NCBI GenBank assembly: GCA_048938895.1
Contig: JBHLLU010000001.1
Location: 96,001 to 160,000, forward strand
Length of the DNA: 64,000 nt
From: Promethearchaeota archaeon
GTDB taxonomy: Archaea; Asgardarchaeota; Lokiarchaeia; Sigyniarchaeales; SOKP01
Direction of reading: 5' to 3'
In this document: piece by piece, positions 10,162-18,824 of the stretch
Layout of the letters: each line of letters opens with the position of its first letter
How positions within the stretch are numbered: the stretch's first letter is position 1
Notes under the pieces: generated by a model
The model's database searches: none
What the model was told of the DNA's origin: nothing
Seen by the model: only the letters and a program-made list of their open reading frames with translations
Made by a program: the position numbers and the translations under genes

Positions 10162-11871
10162 ATGACAAATGGTAAAAAAATCTATGGTGGCGATATTTTA
10201 GTTAAATGTCTTTTAGAAGAAAATGTTAAATATATGTTTGGTATTCCTGGTGGGCAATTATTGAGAATGTATGATGCTGTACATAGATGGGGAAGAGAAA
10301 AGGGTATAGAAACTGTAATGTTCCGTCACGAGCAAGCTGCAGCACATGCCGCAGATGCATGGGCAAGACTGACGAATACTCCCGGAATATGTTTTGGTAC
10401 TGTTGGTCCAGGGGCTACTCATCTCGTCCCTGGCATCGGTGCGGCATGGAGCGATAACATCCCTGTGGTGGCAATCGTTCCGCAAGTGGATATAGCTCTT
10501 GCTGACAGTTTTTCATTACAAGGTAATCTTGATCAAGTTTCATTATTTAAACCAATTACCAAATATCAAAAATCAGTTCGAAAAGCCGAAGAAATTCCAG
10601 ACGCTGTTCAAAAAGTATTTAGAGAGGCTACAGGTGGACGTCCCCGTCCTGTTCTCTTAGAATTATACCATGATGCTCTTTATGAACAAATAGAGGAAGA
10701 TAAAGTACCAATTCTAGCAGCAGAACAATATCGGGCATTGAGTAAACCTGCAATATCTAAAGACTTAATTTCCAAATCTCTAGAGCTATTATTAAGCGCA
10801 GAAAAACCTATAATAATATCGGGAGGAGGAGTTTCTCGTTCAGAAGGTTGGAAAGAACTTCAGGAGTTTGCTGAATACCTTCAAATTCCTGTAATTACCT
10901 CAACGACGGGAGTTGGTACCATTCCAAACACATCTAGTGCATTTTTAGGATCTGGAATTGGTATGGCTAGTTTTTTTGCTTCAAGTCAAGCTGATGTGGT
11001 TTTAGCTTTAGGTACTAAATTTTCTTTTACCTTAGGGTATGGAAAACCTCCTTTATGGAATAAATCACAAAAGTTAATTCATGTTGATATAGATCCTTCC
11101 ATTATTGGGCGTAGTAAGCCAATCGCCTTAGGAATTATAGGTGATTGCAAATTATTCTTAGAGCAAATTCTTGAAGAAGTTAAAAAGGTTCCAAAAGTTG
11201 AAAAAAGACCTTGGATGGATTCTTTAACTAACAACAGGAAAAGTATTGTTAAATCAAGGACTAAAATTGCAGAAAGTGATGAAATTCCTATAAAACCTGA
11301 GAGAATGATTAAGGATGTCTATGAATTTATGGATGAGGATGCTATACTAGTAATTGATGGAGGCAATCTTGCAGTCTATGCTATTGAGCAAATAGATTTT
11401 TATAAATCTCGTCCACCACTTTCAACACTTCAAGCAATTGGGATGGGCCACTTAGGAACTTCAGTTCCATATGGTATTGGAGCAAAATTAGCCAAACCGG
11501 ACAGACAGGTAGTATCAATCTCAGGAGATGGGAGTTTTATGATTAATATTCATGATTTAGAAACAGCAGCAAGACTTGGTTTAAAAAATCTAATTTATGT
11601 AATAGGGAATAATAGCGCGTGGGGAATGATAAAGACTGAACAAGAATTCCGTTATAAAAAGCGTTATATAGATGTGGATTTTCCTGACTTTGATTTTAGT
11701 CGTGTTGCTGAAGCTTTTGGTTGTTATGGAGAATTGGTAACTGATCCAAATGAAATTACACCTGCTCTTAACAGAGCTAAAAACTCAGGAAGACCTGCGG
11801 TTTTAGATATTAAAATCAAATATGATACTCCCGAATTTATGAAGTTGGCAGCTTCAAGGGGAGGTTTATAA
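10162..11871 (+). CDS. Thiamine-diphosphate enzyme, acetolactate synthase/2-hydroxyacyl-CoA lyase-like (copy 1)
   Basis: FGIPGG, RHEQAAAHAADAWAR, GPG, ThDP motif GDGSF...NNSAWGM. Confidence 0.9.
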   Translation: MTNGKKIYGGDILVKCLLEENVKYMFGIPGGQLLRMYDAVHRWGREKGIETVMFRHEQAAAHAADAWARLTNTPGICFGTVGPGATHLVPGIGAAWSDNIPVVAIVPQVDIALADSFSLQGNLDQVSLFKPITKYQKSVRKAEEIPDAVQKVFREATGGRPRPVLLELYHDALYEQIEEDKVPILAAEQYRALSKPAISKDLISKSLELLLSAEKPIIISGGGVSRSEGWKELQEFAEYLQIPVITSTTGVGTIPNTSSAFLGSGIGMASFFASSQADVVLALGTKFSFTLGYGKPPLWNKSQKLIHVDIDPSIIGRSKPIALGIIGDCKLFLEQILEEVKKVPKVEKRPWMDSLTNNRKSIVKSRTKIAESDEIPIKPERMIKDVYEFMDEDAILVIDGGNLAVYAIEQIDFYKSRPPLSTLQAIGMGHLGTSVPYGIGAKLAKPDRQVVSISGDGSFMINIHDLETAARLGLKNLIYVIGNNSAWGMIKTEQEFRYKKRYIDVDFPDFDFSRVAEAFGCYGELVTDPNEITPALNRAKNSGRPAVLDIKIKYDTPEFMKLAASRGGL

Positions 11872-11989
11872 CAAATATTCTTAACTTTTTTTTATTATAC
11901 TCTTTTTAGGTCATTATTTTAGATAAATATTTAAGATTTGAAAACAAAAATAACAATTATTACCTAAATTTTGGCATTAGGTGAAAATT

Positions 11990-13702
11990 TTGACAGAAGA
12001 GAAGAAAAAGTTGAATGGGGGGGATGTACTAATAAAATGTCTCCTCCAAGAAAATGTAAAATATATGTTTGGTATCCCAGGTGGGCAATTTCTAAATATG
12101 TATGACGCTGTTTATAAATGGGGCCGCGAGCAAGGAATTGAAACAATACTTTTTAGACATGAGTCAGCTGCAGCACACGCTGCTGATGCATTGGCACGAG
12201 TGACCAATAAACCGGGACTATGCTTTGGAACTGCTGGTCCTGGTGCAAATAATCTAGTCCCCGGGGTCGCTGCAGCATGGGCAGACAATATTCCTGTAAT
12301 TGCATTAGTACCTCAAGTAAATACAAAAATACAAGATACATTTACATTGCAAGGAAATCTTGATCAAATTACAATGTTCAAACCAATTACTAAATACCAA
12401 AAAAGTATTCAGAAAGTTGAAGATATTCCTGATGCAGTTCAAAAGATATTCCGAGAAGCTACTGGGGGACGTCCTCAACCTGTTTTATTAGAGATTTTTG
12501 AGGATGCTTTTCTAGAAGAAATTGAAGAAGAAAAATTATCTATCATAGAATCAAATAGATACCGCGCACTTCAAAAACCTTCAATAAGTAAGGAGTCAAT
12601 AAAAGAATCTTTAGAACTATTAATTAATGCGAAGAAACCTTTAATAATATCTGGTGGAGGTGTATCACGTGCAGAAGCGTGGCAAGAACTTCAAGAGTTT
12701 GTTGAGTATTTACAAATACCTGTGATGACCACTATAATGGGAATAGGTACTATATCAAATAAGTCTAAATGTTTGATTGGAGCTACTGCTGCTGGACCTT
12801 GTATGCAAGCCGCGATGGAAGCGGATGTGGTATTAGCACTTGGATGCAAATTTTCATTTACTATGGGTCATGGGGATGAACCGTTTTGGAAGGATTCCCA
12901 AAAAATGATTCAGGTCGATATTGATCCCTCTATAGTTGGAAGAGCAAAACCAATTACCCTAGGAATTGTAGGTGATTGTAAAGAATTTTTAAAATTGATT
13001 CTTTCAGAAGCAAAAAACCATAAAAAAGTCGAACAGAGGGAATGGCTGGACTCGTTAGTTGCATCCAGACAAAATACAATTCAAAGTTTAGTTAAAAAAG
13101 CCTCTAGAGACAAAACACCTATTACACCAATGAGATTAGTAAAAGATATCTTAGAGTCTATTGATGATGACGCAATTTTAATCCTTGATGGTGGTGATAT
13201 CAATGTATATGCCATTGAACAAATAGATTATCATAAACCTCGTCCGCCAATTTCAACGCTTCAAGCAGTATGTATGGGGCAGTTAGGTACTTCGGTTCCT
13301 TACGGCATTGGAGCCAAACTTGCTAGACCAGACAAACAGGTGGTTTCCATATCTGGTGATGGCTCTTTTATGATAAACATACAAGATCTTGAGACTGCTG
13401 CTAGATTGGGTTTAAAAAACTTAGTTTATGTTATTGCTAATAATAATGCATGGGGTATGATAAAGAGTGGTCAAAAACTTGCTATGGGCAAGCGGTATAT
13501 CGATGTAGATTTACCTGATTTTGATTTTGCAAAATGTGCTGAAGGATTCAGTTGTTATGGAGAATTAGTTACCGATCCAAATGAAATTAAACCTGCTTTT
13601 GAAAGGGCTAAGTCTTCTGGAAAACCAGCAATACTAGATGTAAAAATAGGATTCGGAACTCCCGATGGGACCAAATTGATGTTGAGTATGGGGATTTTAT
13701 AG
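11990..13702 (+). CDS. Thiamine-diphosphate enzyme, acetolactate synthase/2-hydroxyacyl-CoA lyase-like (copy 2)
   Basis: Tandem paralogue: RHESAAAHAADALAR, GDGSF...NNNAWGM; AGGTGA RBS before TTG 11990. Confidence 0.9.
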   Translation: MTEEKKKLNGGDVLIKCLLQENVKYMFGIPGGQFLNMYDAVYKWGREQGIETILFRHESAAAHAADALARVTNKPGLCFGTAGPGANNLVPGVAAAWADNIPVIALVPQVNTKIQDTFTLQGNLDQITMFKPITKYQKSIQKVEDIPDAVQKIFREATGGRPQPVLLEIFEDAFLEEIEEEKLSIIESNRYRALQKPSISKESIKESLELLINAKKPLIISGGGVSRAEAWQELQEFVEYLQIPVMTTIMGIGTISNKSKCLIGATAAGPCMQAAMEADVVLALGCKFSFTMGHGDEPFWKDSQKMIQVDIDPSIVGRAKPITLGIVGDCKEFLKLILSEAKNHKKVEQREWLDSLVASRQNTIQSLVKKASRDKTPITPMRLVKDILESIDDDAILILDGGDINVYAIEQIDYHKPRPPISTLQAVCMGQLGTSVPYGIGAKLARPDKQVVSISGDGSFMINIQDLETAARLGLKNLVYVIANNNAWGMIKSGQKLAMGKRYIDVDLPDFDFAKCAEGFSCYGELVTDPNEIKPAFERAKSSGKPAILDVKIGFGTPDGTKLMLSMGIL

Positions 13703-13756
13703 TCACTACTCTTTTTTTTCTTAATTAGTTAAAGCTACCAAAATACGTGTTATGTG

Positions 13757-14776
13757 ATGAAAGGTGTAATTTTTGAAGGGAAACACAAGCTTTCCATTAG
13801 AGATGATTTAGTAAAACCAGAAATCAAATCAGATGAGGTTTTAATTAGAGTTAAGAATGTAGGTATTTGCGGGACCGATGTCGGTTCCTATGAGACTGGA
13901 GGACCGTATCTACCGGATAAAATAATCGGCCATGAATTCTCAGGGGAAATTGTTGAAATTGGGGAACATGTTAAAAAATTAAAAGTTGGGAATCGTGTAA
14001 CTGTCAATCCGCAGATTCCTTGTGGTGAATGTTATTACTGTATTCATCATCAAGAAAATATGTGTAAATTACAAAATTATTCTCTAGGTACAACTGAAAA
14101 CGGAGCTATGCGAGAATATATTAACGTTAAAGCTGAAAGAATACACATTCTACCCGAAGAATTTCCCATTGAATATGGGGCAATAGTAGAGCCTTTATCT
14201 ATTGCGTTAAATGCAGTTTGTGACTCTGGTTTTAAGATTGGTGATACTGCAACTGTTATAGGAGCTGGTCCCATAGGATTGTTTTTAATTCAAGTTTTAA
14301 AAGCGACAGGAGCAGACAGAATTTATGTTATTGAACCTGTGGAATCAAAACGGAAGAAAGCTCTTGATATGGGAGTAGATAAAGCATTTATCCCGGACAA
14401 TTGGGCTAAAATAAGAAGATTTACTGATAAATTAGGACCAGATCATATCTATGATTGTGTAGGGCTCTCATCCACAATTACTAATTCTCTTTCTCTAATA
14501 AAAAAAGGAGGATGTATAACGTTAATTGGTATGCATTCCAGTACTTTTGAAATTAAAAATGCTTTGCTTTTAACTACTAATAATATTACTCTTAAAGGTG
14601 TATATGGGTACAACCAAGATATATTTAAGACAGCAATTAATTTATTAGAACAGGGGAAAATAGATGTTGAATCTATAATTACTAACCGCATTATAATAGA
14701 TGAAGTGCCTCAGATGTTTGAAAAATTAGCTAATCCCCCTCATGATGAATTAAAGGTCATTGTAAACCTTGATTAA
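13757..14776 (+). CDS. Zn-dependent medium-chain alcohol dehydrogenase (threonine/sorbitol/butanediol DH-like)
   Basis: GICGTD, GHEFSG, CGECYYC...C, GAGPIG. Confidence 0.93.
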   Translation: MKGVIFEGKHKLSIRDDLVKPEIKSDEVLIRVKNVGICGTDVGSYETGGPYLPDKIIGHEFSGEIVEIGEHVKKLKVGNRVTVNPQIPCGECYYCIHHQENMCKLQNYSLGTTENGAMREYINVKAERIHILPEEFPIEYGAIVEPLSIALNAVCDSGFKIGDTATVIGAGPIGLFLIQVLKATGADRIYVIEPVESKRKKALDMGVDKAFIPDNWAKIRRFTDKLGPDHIYDCVGLSSTITNSLSLIKKGGCITLIGMHSSTFEIKNALLLTTNNITLKGVYGYNQDIFKTAINLLEQGKIDVESIITNRIIIDEVPQMFEKLANPPHDELKVIVNLD

Positions 14777-14884
14777 CTGTTTATTAATCCTTTCTTTTTC
14801 TTATTTTTTTCATAAAAATATTTTAAGAATTTGAACTACTACTAATTATACTTTAATTTTATATTTCTACTGAGAATTAAGATT

Positions 14885-16165
14885 ATGTTTAACAAAAAAG
14901 GAGAAGTTCAATGCATCGATGATGAGATACTTGAAAAATTGAGTTTAAAATATCGCTACAGTTTTTTAAACAACAATTTGATGAGTATTTTAAAACCTGA
15001 GGATTTTAATTTTTTAAAAAAGACTCAAAAATTTTTTCTAAGGTTTGAAAAGAATAAAAATATAACTCATAATGAAGATTTCTATGATTGGTTTCCAGAA
15101 ATAGGTGAAGCAGGATTACTTACTAGAGTAAACAAATTTCAGGAATTGGGTTTAAATTATGAACCACATGGAATGACAGCAGAATTTATGAGATGCTTAG
15201 CTACTGATTTTTTCGACCCTCAATTAGCAATGGGAATTGGTGCTAATGTTTTATGTGTAAATCCGTTAATGTTTCATAATGATGATGTAGAAGAACGATT
15301 GAATGCACTTAAAGATTTGGTTACTGGACAAAAAATTGGATGTATATGCATTACAGAACCAGAGAGAGGTTCAGATGCAGTACATATGCTAACTACATGT
15401 AAAGAGAATGAAGATGGTAGCTATATCATGAATGGAGAAAAAATCTATCAGACTAATGGAGCTAAGGCAGATTTAGCAATAGTTTATGCTGTAGCAGAAC
15501 AAAATAATGGAAATACAATGGCCCAATTTTTAGTAGATACAACCTGGGAAGGTTGGGAAGTAGAAAGATTAAATATTCCCTGGACACCAAGAGTTTTTAT
15601 TGGGAAAGAGACTTTTACAAACATAATAATTCCCTCAGAATATGTTTTAGGCAAACCGGGTAGAGGGAGAGAACACCTTTTTGAAGGATTAAATTTGGAA
15701 AGATTAGGGATTGTTCTTCTCAATATCTCAGAAGCCTGGAATGCAATTTCTCATGCGACAATATACGCGAATATGAGAAAACAATTTGATCAAGAAATTT
15801 TAAAATATCAAGGAGTAGGCTTTCCATTAGCCGATATGTGGGCTAAAACAATGGGTTTGACTTTAGCAGCATTGCACATTTGTCAAATAATTGATGAAAA
15901 AATGGAACAATTCGGAACACTTCCCCAAAATTTTAATTTAGCTCTAGTCGCAACAGCATCTCAATTAAAATCTCAGAGCGCTAAATTATCTGAACGTGTA
16001 TGTTTTGGTTGCGCCGATCTAATGGGGGGAGCTGGATTGTGTGATAATACATTAATGAGCGATTTGTTGGGAATCTCAAGAATTCATCGAGTTGGGGGAG
16101 GAACATCCCAGATTCAAAAGTATATTATGAGTTTAGCCTTACGTCAATTGTTTAAGATGCTTTGA
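14885..16165 (+). CDS. Acyl-CoA dehydrogenase (IVD/LCAD-type catalytic Glu position)
   Basis: CITEPERGSD, NGEKIYQTNG, RKQFDQEI, MGGAG; GGGTSQIQ lacks the MCAD Glu while LNLERL supplies the alternative Glu. Confidence 0.92.
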   Translation: MFNKKGEVQCIDDEILEKLSLKYRYSFLNNNLMSILKPEDFNFLKKTQKFFLRFEKNKNITHNEDFYDWFPEIGEAGLLTRVNKFQELGLNYEPHGMTAEFMRCLATDFFDPQLAMGIGANVLCVNPLMFHNDDVEERLNALKDLVTGQKIGCICITEPERGSDAVHMLTTCKENEDGSYIMNGEKIYQTNGAKADLAIVYAVAEQNNGNTMAQFLVDTTWEGWEVERLNIPWTPRVFIGKETFTNIIIPSEYVLGKPGRGREHLFEGLNLERLGIVLLNISEAWNAISHATIYANMRKQFDQEILKYQGVGFPLADMWAKTMGLTLAALHICQIIDEKMEQFGTLPQNFNLALVATASQLKSQSAKLSERVCFGCADLMGGAGLCDNTLMSDLLGISRIHRVGGGTSQIQKYIMSLALRQLFKML

Positions 16166-16183
16166 AAATAGGGTCGAATTTAT

Positions 16184-17005
16184 ATGAAAATTGAAGATTT
16201 AAGCGAAATAATTTATGAAAAAGAAGAAAATGGAATTTGTACTATTACTTTCAACACTCCAAAAAGAAGAAATGCTTTGTCTTATGTAAGTTTTTTAGAA
16301 CTTTGGACTGCTATTGACGATATGGAAAAAGATGAAACTGCTAAGGTACTTATAATGACAGGTTGTAGAAAAGCTAACGCTTTTTCTTCAGGAGGATATT
16401 TTAACATGAAATATATTACGTCAGTTTCTCCAGAAATTATGAAGGAAATCGATTTAATGGATATTGCGCAGAAAAAATTATGTATGAAGCTTTGGAATTT
16501 TAATAAACCTGTTATTGCCGCGATCAATGGATTGGCTGTTGGTATCGGAATTACAATGCCTTTAGTTGGAGCCGATTTAATATATATGTCAGAAGATGCA
16601 TGGTTGGGATTTTATTTTGTTAAACGTGCGGTTATCCCTGAATTTAGCACTTCATTTGTCCTCCCTTTCTTAGTAGGGTTTCATAAAGCAAAAGAGATTA
16701 TCTTTTTTGGTGATAAAATTACAGCTAGTGAAGCAGAACGACTTGGATTAGTAAACAAGGTGTTACCTCCCGATGAATTGATGTTATATACAAGAGAACA
16801 AGCTCTCCGTTTAATTCCCCCCAAAGGACCTTCACTCTCTCTCAGTCGAATGAAAAAAGTAATGCATGAATATTTCAAAGAAATTTTATCTAAGACGTTA
16901 GATTTAGAAAATGAAGCACTTAGAGCATCTATCGAAACAAGTGATTTTAGAGCAGCAACAAAATCGCTTATAACCAAGAAAGATCCTGAATTTAAGGGCA
17001 AATAA
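16184..17005 (+). CDS. Enoyl-CoA hydratase/isomerase family (isomerase-like)
   Basis: AFSSGG, KPVIAAINGLAVG, FVKRAVIPE. Confidence 0.9.
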   Translation: MKIEDLSEIIYEKEENGICTITFNTPKRRNALSYVSFLELWTAIDDMEKDETAKVLIMTGCRKANAFSSGGYFNMKYITSVSPEIMKEIDLMDIAQKKLCMKLWNFNKPVIAAINGLAVGIGITMPLVGADLIYMSEDAWLGFYFVKRAVIPEFSTSFVLPFLVGFHKAKEIIFFGDKITASEAERLGLVNKVLPPDELMLYTREQALRLIPPKGPSLSLSRMKKVMHEYFKEILSKTLDLENEALRASIETSDFRAATKSLITKKDPEFKGK

Positions 17006-17133
17006 TTAAATTATTTTAAATTTTTAAAAATTTATTTTCCTCAACGAAACTCTTATTAAATGTGGTTGATATTTTATATTTTTATTTTGAACGATATATA
17101 AAATAACTTAATTATCTAATAAACATCGAGAAT

Positions 17134-18819
17134 ATGAATACAAACTGTAAATTTGTTTTTGTAACTGGAGGAGTTATGTCTGGAATTGGAAAAGGCGTAG
17201 CGACCGCTAGTATCGGAAAAGTTCTTCAATTTCGAGGTTTTAAAATATCTGTGGTTAAAATCGATCCTTATCTTAACGTAGACCCTGGCACTTTGAATCC
17301 TATAGAGCATGGAGAATGCTTTGTAACTGAGGATGTGTGGGAATTCGAACCAGTTTACGAATCTGATGAAAGATCATATCGAATTTCAGAAATAGATCAA
17401 GATTTCGGGACTTATTCTCGAATTTTGGGTATCGAAATGCATCCTTCCCATAATATTACCTCAGGGCAAATATATCTTTCTACAATTCTTAGTGAAAGAA
17501 AGGGTAAATTTTTAGGAAAAACTGTACAAATTATTCCTCATGTCACTGATATTATCAAAGAAAGGCTATTGGAAATTGCTGAAAAAGAGGACTTGGATGT
17601 GTTGTTAATAGAATGTGGGGGAACAGTTGGGGATTTAGAATCAAGCATTTTTTTAGAAGCTTTTAGACAAATAAAATTGGAATCACCGAAGAGAACAGCT
17701 TTCGTCCATGTGACTTTGGTTCCTTATTCTAGAGCAGTAGGACAGCAAAAATCCAAACCTACCCAGCATTCTGTTAAGGAGCTCCAAAGTATCGGATTAC
17801 AACCGGATATAATAATCGGTAGGAGTGAAAAACCTTTAGATATTGACATTAAACGTAAAATTTCACTTTATTCAAATGTACCTGAAAATGCAGTTATTTC
17901 TAATCCTGATTTAGACGTAGTATACGAATTACCTTTACTATTTGAAGAACAAGGATTAGGAGATTTAATTTGTGAATTAATTGATCTTAAAGCAAAACTG
18001 GTATCCTATAGTGAAGTTACTAATTATTCTGAATGGGTTAAGATGGTCGAAATATTTAAAAAGACAAGTGATACAGTGAAAATTGCTATGCCTGGGAAGT
18101 ATTTCAATATCTCAGATTCGTATATTTCAATTAATGTTGCTTTAGAAGACGCAGCTGCACATCATGGGTATAAAACAGAATTGAAGATGATAAATATTGA
18201 TGAAAACATAAATATTCAAAAAGAATTGAGCGATTGTGATGGAATTTTGTTAACACCGGGATTTGGGGAAAGAGCCGTACAAGGAATGATTGAATCCGCG
18301 GAATTTGCAATGGAAGAAAAAGTTCCCTTTCTTGGCATTTGTTTTGGAGCTCAATTGTTTTTTGTAGCATTTTGCAGAAAATATTTAGGGTTAAATGAGG
18401 CAAATTCTACAGAAATAGTTCCTAATACACCATATCCAGTTATTGATCTTCTAGAAAGTCAGAAAAGTGTCAATGAAAAGGGAGGTTCTATGAGATTAGG
18501 TGCTCAAAAAATTATTATCAAAGAAAATACAAAATTATATAACGCATATAAAGAAAAAGTGATTTTAGAAAGATTTAGGCATAGGTGGCATATTCAGGAG
18601 CGATTTATCACAGAAGAAGCTAGAAATAAGGATATGGTAATATCTAGTCGTGATGAAAGCGGAGAAATAATAAATAGTATTGAACTTAATAGAGAGGATC
18701 ATTGGATGGTTGGTGTCCAATTTCATCCTGAATTTAAATCAAGACCATATAAGCCTTCACCATTGTACTATGATTTCATTAAAGAGTGTATTAAGTATAA
18801 AAAATCAAAGAAAAAATAG
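17134..18819 (+). CDS. pyrG: CTP synthase
   Basis: [45 protein letters not shown]. Confidence 0.97.
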   Translation: MNTNCKFVFVTGGVMSGIGKGVATASIGKVLQFRGFKISVVKIDPYLNVDPGTLNPIEHGECFVTEDVWEFEPVYESDERSYRISEIDQDFGTYSRILGIEMHPSHNITSGQIYLSTILSERKGKFLGKTVQIIPHVTDIIKERLLEIAEKEDLDVLLIECGGTVGDLESSIFLEAFRQIKLESPKRTAFVHVTLVPYSRAVGQQKSKPTQHSVKELQSIGLQPDIIIGRSEKPLDIDIKRKISLYSNVPENAVISNPDLDVVYELPLLFEEQGLGDLICELIDLKAKLVSYSEVTNYSEWVKMVEIFKKTSDTVKIAMPGKYFNISDSYISINVALEDAAAHHGYKTELKMINIDENINIQKELSDCDGILLTPGFGERAVQGMIESAEFAMEEKVPFLGICFGAQLFFVAFCRKYLGLNEANSTEIVPNTPYPVIDLLESQKSVNEKGGSMRLGAQKIIIKENTKLYNAYKEKVILERFRHRWHIQERFITEEARNKDMVISSRDESGEIINSIELNREDHWMVGVQFHPEFKSRPYKPSPLYYDFIKECIKYKKSKKK

Positions 18820-18824
18820 TACTT

